Assembly: GCA_964016885.1 (NCBI GenBank)
Contig: OZ024745.1
Span: 14,136,001-14,200,000, forward strand
Length of the DNA stretch: 64,000 nucleotides
Direction of reading: 5' to 3'
DNA from: Eledone cirrhosa
Taxonomy: Eukaryota
Shown here: positions 12,767 through 28,180 of the stretch, in pieces
Numbering within the stretch: position 1 is the stretch's first letter
Layout: each line of letters opens with the position of its first letter
Made by a program: the position numbers and the translations under genes
Notes under the pieces: model-generated
Told to the model about the DNA's origin: nothing
Databases searched by the model: none
The model's input: the letters and a program-made list of their open reading frames with translations, nothing else

Positions 12767-13842
12767 TCACACACATAAACAGTAAGCCCTCGATTTACTA
12801 GTAAGGAGAAGGTGTATCCGTTAATCCCCAAAGTCTATAAAAACGAAGTTACCCTAGGGGTCATCTTATCGTTTTTAATGTAAGAAAAAGCTTTAATATA
12901 ATATGTCAAATTTATTAGATTAGAAAAGGCTGTGGTGTTGAGTGCTTTTGACAGCGTAGTTGAAGAATATTTTGTCGTAATTGTAGTTGCAGTACAGTAT
13001 AGTATAGTATTATTATTAATTGTTCCGTCAAATTGAGGTTAATTTCTCTGCACACATTGATCTAAATATGTTCAAACTATACATCAACTTTATTTATCTC
13101 ACAAGTATTGAGGGTCTGTAGAGGTCAACGGCAATTGGCCCTCCTCGTTTGAACCAATAAAACTATTTATGAATACTCTACCACATTTATATTATATATA
13201 AAACACGCCAGTAGATATTCAATAAAATCTTATTGAAATGGAATTGCTGACATTAGTTTTTAATCTAAATTTGTTTAAGATAATTTCCTTGTTTTATATG
13301 GTTCTTGCTTTCAATGAACTGAAGACTATTCAACATAAAAGTGCCATCTGGTGTTAATGGACGAAAGGTATTCCCTTCTTCATATTTAGTATCATTTTCA
13401 CATTAACAATCAACTGAAATACTATAGTTTTATTGTTTCATTGATAAAAGTGAAAAATATTCCCACCACCGTACCAACGCCTTAATCATTGAAACTGTCT
13501 GCTTATAAGTAGCTTTGGCGATAAGTTTTGATAAGTTTCTTAGTGACATTTTATCAGAGTTAGTCTCCCATTAGAATTTTAAGATGAATACAACTATTTT
13601 ATTTCAGAAGCCTTAATGATTTAACATCAGTCATGCGGAATACAATGCTTGAAATATCTCTTGTCTTCAAGACATTAGTGAAACAATAGAGAACCATGTA
13701 ATAGTTATTGTCGACTATTCTAGTAATGTTTAATATCATAATTAAATATTTAATTTGTCATGGAAAAACGGAGGTTTATGAAATAGTATCGAGAACTTGT
13801 GATCCCACAAATATACATCTATATTATTTCTGTGATAACTAA

Positions 13843-14455
13843 GACGGTTTGTTGGCAGTAGATTCGGTAGAGCACCGGAAAACATGATTTGCGGCATATA
13901 GTTACGTCCCTTTACGTCTGAGTTCAAACCCCGCTGCCCTTAGCTTTGTCTTCCATCCTTTCGTATTCGATGAAATAAAGCAACAGCAACACACCTGTCT
14001 CGATTTAATCGATTTTCTTCTCCAAAATTGTTGGTCTTGTGCCTAAATTAAAAACCATTATTAGGGCGTTGGAATGGCAGTATCGGTAGAGCGTCACTTG
14101 ACGTTCTGAGTTCTAATCTCGCCGAAGTTAGCTTTGTCTTTCATTCTTATGGGGTCGATAAATTACTAGGTTTAATCGACTTTCCCCTCCTCCATAATTG
14201 TTGGCCTTATGCCCAAATCAGAAACCATTATTTCTGATAACTAGGACGGCGGATAGTAGGAAACGTTAGCACGTCGGACCAAAATATTTAGTGGTATTTA
14301 GTTACGGTGGTTCTTTGTATTTTGACTTCAAATCCCGCCAAGGTCAACTTTGCCTTTCACCCTTCCAAGGTAAAAAAGATAACGTACAAATTAAGCATTG
14401 GAGCAGATATAATCGTCTTCCCCTTCCCCTCAAAATTGCTGTTAGAAAGAATTAT
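13843..14455 (+). mobile_element. Three tandem, diverged family-A SINE copies (13843-14062, 14064-14232, 14244-14455)
   Basis: Each has a tggcagta..tcggtagagc-type head, gagttc(a)aatc B-box, agctttgtcttt/ccatcc body and, in the first two, an aaaccattatt tail. Confidence 0.75.
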
Positions 14456-14465
14456 CTTCTTCGCC

Positions 14466-14866
14466 AACTTATTCCTGAGAGGGTTGTTGGAGCAGAGTCC
14501 TTAACCACTCCTTCCAGAAGCAACCGTCTCCAACTGATCCGACTGGATCCCCAAGGGAGACCAGCCAAACTCATAGATGTCATCCAACCATCTTACTCGG
14601 GGTCATTACCCAACATTCATAACCATAGGTAAGGGTTGACACGAATACAAATTTAAGATAGTGAGTATGGCTACGCGATTACCGAGTGCTGCATTACTGC
14701 ACCAGCTCCTCCTGTAATTCTTGCACTTAATTAAGCCTCCCGCTTTCTATCACTCGTGAATACAGCCCCGAGATACTTGAACTTATCTACCTGCTTCAGT
14801 GGAATTCCATTCACATGCAGAGTGCACTGTGTAGGCTTCCTTCAGAGGACGGGTGTCTCAGTTTTT
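14466..14866 (-). mobile_element. Degenerate, internally deleted RTE-clade 3' fragment
   Basis: Minus strand: KTE..*RKPTQCTLHVNGIPLKQVDKFKYLGAVFTSD, then LTYGYECWVMT, then RVRWLDDI...PSQE*. Confidence 0.75.
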
Positions 14867-15264
14867 GCGAGTCGCAAAAATAGAAAGAATTAATTCTATG
14901 ATAAATTATAATCTCATTTATGAGACAGTTAACCTAATTTTTACTATTTTTCAATTGTTTCTTCTCTCGTATGTATTTGGATCTCATCACATATTTAAGT
15001 GTATCCCATGTGTATCATATCACCTCCAAGGATTGAGTATACTTACTGAACATTAGAAAAATGAAGGTTGTATTCCTATATTGCGTGGTCAGCAGATTCT
15101 CTGTCTTTCCAAATTGTAGCTAAGCATCTGGTCCTTTAATAAAACAAATACATTTGCTGCCCATTTGGCTTTAACATCATATTACTTTCTCTCCCACTCT
15201 GTCCCCCTCTCTCTTACCCTCTTGCTCACTCTCACACATACAAAATAAAACTCCACACAAACCC

Positions 15265-15455
15265 TAGTGCATCCATTCTACCAAGAGTAGGAATGGATGC
15301 TCTGAGAGCCTTCTATAAGTTTCACTCTATCAATCACAAGGTTTGGGTCAACCTAGCTCTATGGTAGAAAGTATTTCCCTCGCGTTGTGGCGTATTCTAC
15401 TTGAACTCGCTACCACATGATTTCGAAGCTAACCTCTTAACCACACAGTCATGCA
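15265..15455 (-). mobile_element. Degenerate SINE
   Basis: Minus strand: gactgtgtggttaagaggttagct...gagttcaagt (tRNA-like A/B boxes). Confidence 0.5.
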
Positions 15456-15603
15456 TGTTTCATTTTAAGCACACAGTATCGACTCATGTTAGATTATACA
15501 GGGTGTATGTTATATATATATATGGATACCACAGAGGGCGTTATCCCCCTCCCAGTGTTTACATAGCTACGGCTTCCTAAAACCGTATTTCTTTAGAAAT
15601 ACG

Positions 15604-16090
<487 letters not shown>

Positions 16091-16458
16091 TATATATATA
16101 TACACACCTACATTGTATTGTATATAGGTTGTGTGTACTACTATAGCAGATCTAAGATCTATAAAGTCCGTTGTATAATGTATAGAGTCCTTGACTGTCT
16201 AGTATTTACTTTCTCGTGTTTGGTATACTTTATACTCACAGACACACACGTCTCTTTGCATATATATATACACACTGTATTATGTTAGTGTAGTATTTTA
16301 ATTGAAAATTATTGATATTCTTGTATTGAATTGACCAATGTGGCCTGAAGTTGTCGAATGTATACATATAATATATATATACATACATATACATATGTAT
16401 ATACATACATACATACATACATACATACATACATACATACATACATACAAGCATACAC

Positions 16459-16625
<167 letters not shown>

Positions 16626-16913
16626 GTATTTTCCTTGAGCATTATTGATATGTCTGTATTGAACTGACCAGTGTGGCCTAGAGTTGTCGAATACATTTAA
16701 TATCACAAAGGAATTACTTTGCTTGACCCTTGTTATTGGGGAAAACCCCCACTACACTGTTATCAGACCCCATTCTCTTTCCATATTTTCTCTCTCCTAT
16801 ATAATATTAAAACGATTATTATGATAGGAGAAGGAAAACTGTTTCATCTAAAAGAGTCTTGAAATAATTCCTTCTATAGTTATATTGTAAAACTATTTTC
16901 TTAAAACGTCATG

Positions 16914-16994
16914 CTACAACATCCAACAGAAGATATGAACTACAACATCCAACAGAAGATATGAACTACAACATCCAACAGAAGATATGAACTA
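16914..16994. repeat. 26-bp tandem repeat, 3 copies
   Basis: ctacaacatccaacagaagatatgaa x3. Confidence 0.95.
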
Positions 16995-17714
16995 AACATT
17001 TTACAATTAACCTTTTTCACAAAGCAATCATTGCTACACCAGATTATTGTTGCATATTTGCTTTTTGAGATTAGAAATATTATATATAGTTTGGACAATT
17101 GAGCTTGATAGTAATGAGTCTGTTCTGTTAGTATTAGTGAAATAAAACACCAACAAACTAATATTACAAAGAAGTGTATATTTTCTAAACTGCTTACTCA
17201 GTAGAAACAAAAAGAGTTCGTTTTTATGCAAAACGAGATTAGTCGCAAAATAACATTTGCTTCTGAAAATCGCAAAAAGAAAGAAAAGAAACCAACAATT
17301 GGTTTCTAGTAATTAGTGAAAGTGAAGTTAATGACTTGTTGCGACGAAAAAATACTCAATCATGGAGTTGGTTTTGGGAGATAGAGAGGAAATAAAAAAC
17401 AAAATCACATTTGAAAACTAAAACAAAGAATTTCCAATTAAAGAAACCAAATTAATAGTTAATATCATCAGTGAAACCCTTCATTTTGTGTTGGTCTGCA
17501 TATTTAGAAATGTGTAAGTAATGTTTTTGGCCTTGTCATCTAAACTGAATGACAATGAAAAAGCAATAGTAATTTTTCACACTTAAGAAAACGGAACATG
17601 ACAATTAGAGAAAACAAAAGCCGAAAACTAATGCGATTATTGTAATTATTGAGCTAAATATTCCATTAACTACTTTAAAATCATATAGTAGAACCGGCGC
17701 ATAGGAAAGCATCT

Positions 17715-19574
<1,860 letters not shown>

Positions 19575-19607
19575 CATACATACACACACACATATATATA
19601 TATATCT

Positions 19608-20700
19608 ACCACAAACCGTGCCAGAAAGAACAGAGGACACCACACCCGAGGCACTAACACTTGCTTCCTGAAGCTACCACACTTCAGTGACGAAACAACA
19701 ACAGCCATCCGCAGAGCTATCAGACGAGAGGGACTAGATATCCAACTAGCCCACTCAGGTCCTTCTCTACGCGGACAGCTAACCAAAAGACACTCCACCA
19801 GACATGACAACCGCTGCAGGCTAGCCAACTGCCCCATCAACGACACAGACCTATGCCACCAGGCTTACGTCGTATACAGACTAGAGTGCAACAAATGCAG
19901 CAACTTCTACGTAGGTAGCACCACCAGACCACTCCACATAAGAATAAAAGAACACCTCAATACTAATGTTTCCTCATTTAAGAAACACCTAGTTAAATGC
20001 AAAAACACCGACAAAACCATAACAGTTAGGATAGAAACTAAGGAAAGAAACTTCGGCAATCTTAGAATTAAGGAAGCACTAATTATAGACAAAACACAAC
20101 CACCAATCAATAATAGACTAGAACTCAACACCCAATTTAAAACTTGATAGAGCTTCTAGCCCCATATTTACACCCCCCTCTCACACACACGCACACACAC
20201 ACGCACACAGACACACACACACACACACACACACGCTTACACCTCCACTTATTCTCTCTCACACACACACATACAAAGACCAGTTCTAACACGAGATAAC
20301 ATCTATCCCCCACATTTACGTATAGACATATCTTCTCACACTCACACACACACACATACTTACACCTTCACGAATTCTCCCACGCGCTTAAACAAGCATG
20401 TAAAAAAACCCAACAAAATAACAAAAAAAAACCCTTTTAAAGGGAGACTACTCTTTATCTACCTAACCTTAACTCTTTGATATTAGAGATAGAACAGATA
20501 CTCTATACCATTTCCTGTCAGCATGACTTGGCAAGCTATTTAGAACACTGGTTTAACCGCTTTACTTCTCTCCGAAGAAGAGATATTATCTCGAAAATTA
20601 AGGACATTTAAATAAATCTAAGGTAAAAGACTAATTGTCAACAATATCTTTTGCATTTGCATTCTTTATTCTATGTCCATACCTGCATTATTTTGGCTTT
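19608..20700 (+). mobile_element. 5'-truncated PLE: GIY-YIG endonuclease region (19670-20147) plus 3' UTR with HHR
   Basis: KLPHFSDETTTAIRRAIRREGLDIQLAHSGPSLRGQL...CRLANCPINDTDLCHQAYVVYRLECNKCSNFYVGSTTRPLHIRIKEH...LRIKEALIIDKTQPPIN. Confidence 0.85.
20569..20603 (+). ncRNA. Minimal hammerhead ribozyme (U4C variant) in a PLE 3' end
   Basis: tct-CCGAAGA-a-gagat/att/atctc-GAAA-at-TA-agg. Stem I is weak (3 bp). Confidence 0.55.
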
Positions 20701-21160
20701 ATTATACATATACAAACGTTTATATATATATATATATACATACAAATATTCATATATATATATAAACATACATATACATATAGGTAGTACAATTATTATA
20801 GACTTTATGCGAAAATGTTGTGTTATGTGTAGAGACAGTTAAAAAAAAAAGTTAGCATTGTATAGTAGAGGAGGTAAAATATTGTGATTGTGATGTCACT
20901 TGTTTGTATGCATTTGGACGGAGTCGAACAAACCTCTGAATACATTGACTCCTGTTGTAACTAACACTATAGCACTATGACACCATGACACCAACTGTGC
21001 TACGCCCAGAGAATACTAATGCAGCTGTCAGTAACAACTAATGCATTCTTGCACAGAAGTAATTCACTATTCCATATGTTATATTCAATTTGACTTTATT
21101 TCGGTAGCTCATTCTTCCCCTTCCACCTCTCTCATTCTATGTATGCGCAGAACCATACGA

Positions 21161-21191
<31 letters not shown>

Positions 21192-21372
21192 TGTATGTAT
21201 GTATGTATGTATGTATGTATGTATGTATGTATGTATGTATGTATGTATGTATGTATGTATGTATGTACGTGTGTGTATGTATGTATACATAACTATATAC
21301 ACATAGACATAAACATATATGTATAAGTTTCTATGTCTCTCTTTTCATTTTTCTCTCTCTCTATATATAATA

Positions 21373-21487
<115 letters not shown>

Positions 21488-21494
21488 TATATAT

Positions 21495-21962
21495 AAGAAA
21501 CGCGAGCGGTTCAATCATATAACCCCTTACCTCCTGCAGTAGTAATTTCGATTTAAGAAACAACTTTGATTGACAGGTGGCGAATGAAAGGAACCAAATA
21601 TAGGACGGCCATGAGTGGCCGAAAATACTGATGATGTGTACAATTCTTGACCACTCATAGAATGACAACAACAGGATCTAAGCTGCCGTGTGAGAACCGC
21701 GGGTCAACTGGGCATTTGGAAACTCTGCTTCGTAGAATCGAGACGTATCTGAGGACCTAGCGATTTCAGAGTCAGGTTCGATCATCACATCGATCGTGCC
21801 TCGAGCTGGTCGCCAGAGAAACGATTGTAATATGTCTAATAAATTGTATTCGTCGCACCACTGATTCTCCGTTTCTCATGTGATATCATACTCTGTTCTA
21901 TAAGAGCATCGAGTGCTCAAACGGTCTACCGCTTACGGAAGCTTTAAGCCTGTTACACCAAC
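21495..21962 (+). mobile_element. Non-coding HHR-bearing element between (TA)n runs (retrozyme-like or solo pseudo-LTR)
   Basis: GC-richer island with no credible ORF. Contains an HHR followed by AATAAA. Homologous to 2268-2549. Confidence 0.65.
21742..21836 (+). ncRNA. Type I hammerhead ribozyme with a 62-nt stem II domain
   Basis: gacgtat-CTGAGGA-c-ctagcgat...gtcgccag-a-GAAA-cgattg-TA-atatgtc. Stem I is 7 bp (gacgtat/atatgtc). Confidence 0.7.
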
Positions 21963-21987
21963 TATATATATATATACTGTATATATA

Positions 21988-22231
21988 TAAGGAAAAAGGA
22001 TGAAATCGAAAATGCAACTGGAGTCTTTTTAAGAATATTTATTTGGTTCCTTTACCGGTTTAGCTGTTCTTATGCTTTTGAAAAGCATAAGAACTTTGAA
22101 ACCGGTAAAGGAACCAAATAAATATTCTTAAAAAGACTCCAGTTGCATTTTCGATTTCATCCTTTTTCCTTATACTTTCACTCGTGTAGAACATCTCGTT
22201 CTTTTTCATTTTGAAAAAAACCCTCCTTTTC

Positions 22232-22235
<4 letters not shown>
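21988..22235 (+). mobile_element. PLE-type fold-back (arms 21988-22079/22081-22173; tail to 22235) with a decayed U3-A8 HHR at 22075-22110
   Basis: Same family as 15725-16090. The hairpin centre falls inside the HHR core (cttttgaaaag). Confidence 0.8.
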
Positions 22236-22283
<48 letters not shown>

Positions 22284-22449
22284 GATTACATAACATGTAG
22301 GAAGATTTGCAAATCTATTGATCTTTTCAAAATACAGAGCTATAAATATACTCCTCTGTATACTCAGAGAAATAAAAGTGCTTTTTCTCATTTTTTCCTT
22401 CCTCTTCTAACTCTTCCTTATTCTATTTCTTGTTTTAGTTCTCTTTCTA

Positions 22450-22485
22450 TCTTCTGATGAAGGACTAGTGTCCGAAACGTAAAGA
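22450..22485 (+). ncRNA. Minimal type I hammerhead ribozyme in a PLE-like 3' tail fragment (about 22380-22570)
   Basis: tctt-CTGATGA-a-ggac/tagt/gtcc-GAAA-cg-TA-aaga. Stem III is the palindrome ACGT. Confidence 0.8.
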
Positions 22486-22570
22486 CTCTTTTCCTACTAT
22501 ACAAAGCGTTAAACTAATATATTTCTTCATTCTACTGAGTTGTTCACTTTATTATCGCTGTTAAATTTTT

Positions 22571-22628
<58 letters not shown>

Positions 22629-22952
22629 CATCTTTGACGCATTTTTCCCTACTTTCCCTCAGGTGACTTCGCTTATTACAGTCCTTAAAACACAGCTATG
22701 GCTTTTATGGGGGCTTTTTCATATAGCATCTGCATCTGCATCGGGATAATTTGACCATTCTTTCATACAAAGTGTTCGATCTAACCTGAACGACGTTTGA
22801 GTAAGATTGGATCCAAGTTTAAAAATTGGCTTTTTCTCAAAATCTTTGTTTAGAGTCCACGAGGACCAAAAGACTAGCTAAAATTCACTGTAGGGGTAAC
22901 ATGAAAGTATATAGAGTATGTTTAGGCACAATAAACATTGTATATGCATCGT

Positions 22953-23068
22953 TGTGAAGGCACATTGTTTAGTGTTTAGAGAATTGGATTCGCAATTATG
23001 AGGTTCGAATCCCGGACTGGGAGATGTGTTATGTCCTTGAGCAAGACATTTTATTTCACCTTGTTCTT
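22953..23068 (+). mobile_element. Family-B SINE, 5' part
   Basis: gtgaaggcac...tagtgtttagag...ggttcgaatccc...tgtccttgagcaagacattttatttcac. Confidence 0.75.
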
Positions 23069-23145
23069 TCTGGCAGGAGTTGCGACCGGTAAATAATATC
23101 AACAACAAAAAGACCAATGGAAATACACACACACACGCACATACG

Positions 23146-23272
<127 letters not shown>

Positions 23273-23357
23273 TATGGTTTCTTACGAATAAAATAGTTCT
23301 AGTCCTGTAGATGTCATTTCTATAAAAAATAAAGGTGTGTATATATATATATATATA

Positions 23358-24055
23358 TAGGCATACGTTAAGAATAATGTTCGTGAAAGTGAAAGTAAAT
23401 TTTCTGACAAGTGAATTTCTTTTTGTTTTTTTACAGTGAAAGTTACGATACACACGCAATTGTATGGATTTCTTAAAATATATATATGTGTGGGTGTGTA
23501 TATATTTGTATATATGTGTGTACACTTTGAATTTGTTTGTTTATTTACAACAGGTCTCTATAGTGATATGGTGTTAATTAGTATTGCGTGTGTGATTATT
23601 TTTTCTTTTTCTTTTTTTGTGTATTGTGTATACGGAAATTTTTTTTAAAAATAATGACATTGTGTATTTTTAAATAGCAAGATATTACAAAAACATCTAA
23701 ACGATGATGATGACACAAACACATATATATATACAAACACACATATATATATACATACAGACACACATATATATACACAGATATACACACCCACACATAT
23801 ATATATAAGAAAAAATAATCACACATGCAATACTAATTAACACCATATCACTATAGAGACCTGTTGTAAATAAACAAACAAATTCACAGTGTACACACAT
23901 ATATACAAACATATACACACCCACACATATATATATTTTAAGAAATCCATACAATTGCGTGTGTATCGTAACTTTCATTGTAAAAAAAAACAACAAACAA
24001 ATTCACTTGTCAGAAAATTTACTTTCACTTTCCCGAACGTTATTCTTAACGTATG

Positions 24056-24059
<4 letters not shown>
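23358..24059. repeat. Large inverted repeat (about 250-bp arms, 23358-23607/23807-24059) between (TA)n runs
   Basis: taggcatacgttaagaataa... mirrored by ...ttattcttaacgtatgccta, with few mismatches. Confidence 0.9.
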
Positions 24060-24104
<45 letters not shown>

Positions 24105-25281
24105 GATATTAACAAATGGAAACTATAATTTATAAAACCATATTTATTTCATTATACATATTTCAAGGATACTAAGTTAAATTATGGTATGCCTTCATCA
24201 GACAAAATACAATATATACCAGTTTTATAAATAAACATTGACGTACCCTTTTCAAAATGCGACCGTTACTTTTGGAGGACATCAGGATAGTGGTTTGTTT
24301 ATTTTAGTAAGTCCTAGTGTTAAGGATAAGTAAAAAGACGGAGAGAGAGAAATGTGGAGAAAAGAAAGGGAGAGATAAATAAAGAAAAAGAGGAAAGAAA
24401 AAAGAAAAAAAGAAAACAGAGGAAAACAACAGAGAGATATCAAACCACCAGACAGAGAGAAAAAACTCAAGAGAGAGAAATATAGAGATAGAGAGAGGGG
24501 GAGAGAACGAAAACCTTAAGTCATGTCATATTAAGTTGAGTTAACAATTGAGATGAAATGAATAAATAAAATTAGAAATATTAATATTCATGAATGGAAT
24601 ATACGTATATAATATGAGAAATTAATCATTGTTTAATTATGATTAGATATTTAGTTTAAAAATTGAGATCAATATACTAAAAATGTGAATTTAACCATCA
24701 TAAAATATATATATTGCTAGAGAAATTACCTATCGTATATCACGTACACATAGGCAAAGATACATAAATATATATATACACACACACTCAGAAAATACAC
24801 ATTATATCTACTCCCGCATATAATATATACATACAAAGCATAAGCGATTTTTTTTATTACTGCTAGACATTCCTTGTGTTATTAAATAAAACATTTCTAG
24901 TATATATATATATATAAATATATAGGATTAACTTTCATGCATTTATGGCTGTTAAAATTATGCATATCTGTAATCAAAACTGCATGGGTAAGCATGTACA
25001 TGCACACACACACACTTCCTAGCTATACATATATAAATATGTGTGTGCATCTTCACCCAATTGGTAGACACGCGTCACTCATGCATATATACAGACAGAC
25101 ATATAATCATAAAAAAGCATATAACACATGTATATGTATGTTAATACACATATATAGATACATAATCGTATAGAGATAAGTATACATCAATATATTACAT
25201 AGTACAATTGAGTATATAAAATATATATATGTGTGTATATATATATATATGTGTGTGTATGTATATATATATATATAGCAA

Positions 25282-25338
<57 letters not shown>

Positions 25339-25365
25339 ATGTATATATATATATATATATATAAA

Positions 25366-25432
<67 letters not shown>

Positions 25433-25447
25433 AATTAATATCTAGTA

Positions 25448-25494
<47 letters not shown>

Positions 25495-25495
25495 G

Positions 25496-27298
25496 TGGTT
25501 GAACACTGGAATGTAATATCCGTAGTGGTAGAGCACTCAGTCCAAAGGACGAGTTAGGTAGAAGTGGTTACACAACAGTTAGTTCACCATACCGAGAACA
25601 ATTGTTTCACCTTAGCCGATCTTCAGCTCGGGATGTGTATGGTTATAGGAACAGGAAAGACAACCGTACGAACGCGCATGCGCAGAAACTCGGTCACTTT
25701 ACACAGGCAATACTAGACTGCGTGCGAGAGGTGTAAGGGAGATAATTGCGAAAGTCCGGAAAGTTTTTAGGTTGAAAATAAAATTAAAATAAACTTAAAA
25801 ATAAAATTACAAAGAATCAGTCCGGAGCCTTGTAGTTATGCAATAGATGTTTGGTGACGTGTGGACAACGTGTGAAAAATTGACTCTGGTGTTTAGGCAA
25901 TCACTATTGCGTAATCTCTTTAGGATAGTTATTCGTTCGTCAATACATAAGCCACACGTCGGATTTCCCCTTGCGTATGGCTTGGACTTAGTGATGGCTT
26001 TCCATTGAATGGAGTAGCCTATACTTGAGTCCTTGAGGGACCATGCGTGGCCCGCGAGTTTCGTGGATGAACGTCTGTCCGGGTATCTGAAGGTAGACTG
26101 GTGGTTCTAGGAAATGCTCCTTGAATCGGCCTTCTGCCATACCCACATAGGATTTGACCTCCTGTGGTTCGTTTGGTCGGTTGGAAGTGACCACAGCTTC
26201 ATAGATTACAGCTGGTGTGTTGCATTGCTGTTGAAGGGGGCAAGCTTTAGGATTACGGCAAGAGCACCCTGGTGGTGTGTTGCTCCTAGGGCGCTGGTGA
26301 TGTGGACCTTCATGTTCTTAGCGCAGGGGTATCCTAGTTTAACTTTGTGTCGGTTAAAGATGGCGCGGTATTTATGACCTATGGGGAAGTGTCTATCTAA
26401 GAGGGCTAGAAATGTTTTTCCTACATTGGTTTTAACGTTGAGTGAGAAGGGAGGAGAGAAACAGATAGTTTGTCTATTGTTGCGCTTACTTTTATTAATG
26501 GTGTTGTTGCTAGTGGGAGAGTAAGTGATAGGTTGTGAGAAGCCGCTGTTAGCGAACGCCGTGTTATAGTAGGGTGCCGCCCTGTCAAAGATAGCCTTAT
26601 TAGAGGAGAGGTTTGAGATTCTAGTACTGATATTCTTAACGAAGTTTCCAAAAACAGTGGGAGGGTGGCATGAGTCCTTGTGAATGTAATTAAGTTTCTC
26701 GTTTAGCTTATGGAAGGGTCTGTGGGTGTGTGTGCGAAGGTCTAAATTAATGTCTAAGAATTCTATGCTAGAGAGGTTGGTGGCTACTGTTATTCTAAGG
26801 CCTAACTCATTGAAGGTAGAAGCTAAGTCTTTTTTAAACCGGTCGAGGTCGTGACCACTTTTATGGCTCGATAAAGTTAGTCCATCGTCACGGTATATTC
26901 CCGTGTGGAACTCCGGGAATCTAACACGTAATATGTCTAAGATAAAAAGGCCAACCAAGTCACATACGTCAGCACTGTCAAACGATCCCATGGAAACATC
27001 GAACAGGTCTGAAGATGTAGACTATTGCATAACTACAAGGCTCCGGACTAATTCTTTGTAATTTTATTTTTAATTTTATTTTAATTTTATTTTCAAGCTA
27101 AAAACTTTCCGGACTTTCACAGTCATCTCCCTTACACCTCTCGCACGCAGTCTAGTATTGCCTGTGTGAAGTGACCGAGTTTCTGCGCATGCGCGTTCGT
27201 ACTGTTCCTGTTCCTATAACCATACACATCCCGAGCTGAAGATCCGCTAAGGTGAAACAATTGTTCTCGGTATGGTGAACTAACTGTTGTGTAACCAC

Positions 27299-27303
<5 letters not shown>
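25496..27303 (-). mobile_element. 5'-truncated PLE (RT C-terminal half plus GIY-YIG, frameshifted) with inverted pseudo-LTR (25559-25846/27022-27303)
   Basis: MGSFDSADVCDLVG...GIYRDDG...IEFLDI...KDSCHPP...FSPPFS; then CSCRNPKACPLQQQC..AVIYEAVV...SYVG; then CGLCIDE...TCPH. Frameshifts indicate a dead copy. Confidence 0.92.
27231..27270 (+). ncRNA. Minimal hammerhead ribozyme in PLE pseudo-LTR (mirror copy at 25592-25631, minus strand)
   Basis: ccgag-CTGAAGA-t-cc/gctaa/gg-t-GAAA-caattg-TT-ctcgg. U-U at 10.1/11.1; palindromic stem III. Confidence 0.75.
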
Positions 27304-27352
<49 letters not shown>

Positions 27353-27484
27353 TTGAATAAGTATCTGTTGATCTTATACAAGCTTCTACATAACTTGGTA
27401 TATTTTCACCCAACTTGTAGAAATCTTATAATGAAACGAGTCGTCTGGGAAATGATATATTTGATATATCTCATATGAAATAAT

Positions 27485-27588
27485 TGTTTCTACTTTTTGG
27501 CACAAGGTCAGCAATAACCCAATGTATTACTGGTACTTTATTTTATCGACGCCGTAAGGATGAAAGGCAAAGTTAACCACGGCGGGAT
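27485..27588 (-). mobile_element. 5'-truncated family-A SINE with a 16-bp TSD
   Basis: tctcatatgaaataat at 27469-27484 and 27589-27604 flanks the SINE body and tail. Confidence 0.85.
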
Positions 27589-27756
27589 TCTCATATGAAA
27601 TAATACAGCCAATTATCCACACAATACAATATAGTTAGCACCCCAAACGTTTAATTGGGAATATACTCAGGTATTTCCTAATGTTTGGTGAGTGAGTTGG
27701 AATTGGGCCGGAGTATCGCTATTAGCTTTCTCCGATTATGTATTTATATATGTATA

Positions 27757-27831
<75 letters not shown>

Positions 27832-27834
<3 letters not shown>

Positions 27835-28017
27835 AGAGCTTCTACAGGACTAGAACTGTTTCATTCGTGAGAAATCATCAGGGTGCTCCCCGATGATTTC
27901 TCACGAATGAAACAGTTCTAGTCCTGTAGAAGCTCTTCTATATTAAAACTTCTATACTCTGCTATGTATTGACTACCTTACTTACTGTGGTTACCTCCGA
28001 TTCAACCCAGAATAACT

Positions 28018-28053
<36 letters not shown>

Positions 28054-28125
28054 TAAAGAGATAGAGAGATAACTGGCTTCTACAGGACTAGAACTATTTC
28101 ATTCGGGAGAAATCATCAGTAAGCC

Positions 28126-28128
<3 letters not shown>
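27832..28128. mobile_element. PLE-type fold-back (arms 27832-27879/27892-27939; tail to 28018) plus a third inverted copy (28072-28128); partial HHR core
   Basis: CTGATGA-t-ttc/tcac/gaa-t-GAAA-cag-TT-ctag on the minus strand. The 5' strand of stem I is lost at the inversion junction. Confidence 0.7.

Positions 28129-28180
<52 letters not shown>

Noticed and set aside
12780-12860. Tc1/mariner-like MITE end (cagtaagccctcgattt)
   Set aside because: No matching second TIR found.
22953-23030. tRNA gene
   Set aside because: A/B boxes run into a SINE body and there is no acceptor stem; this is a SINE head.
24150-24205. Minus-strand CTGATGA-stem-GAAA-tatg-TA
   Set aside because: The core and a bulged stem II are present but stem I does not pair. 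Probably a decayed PLE HHR, so not called.
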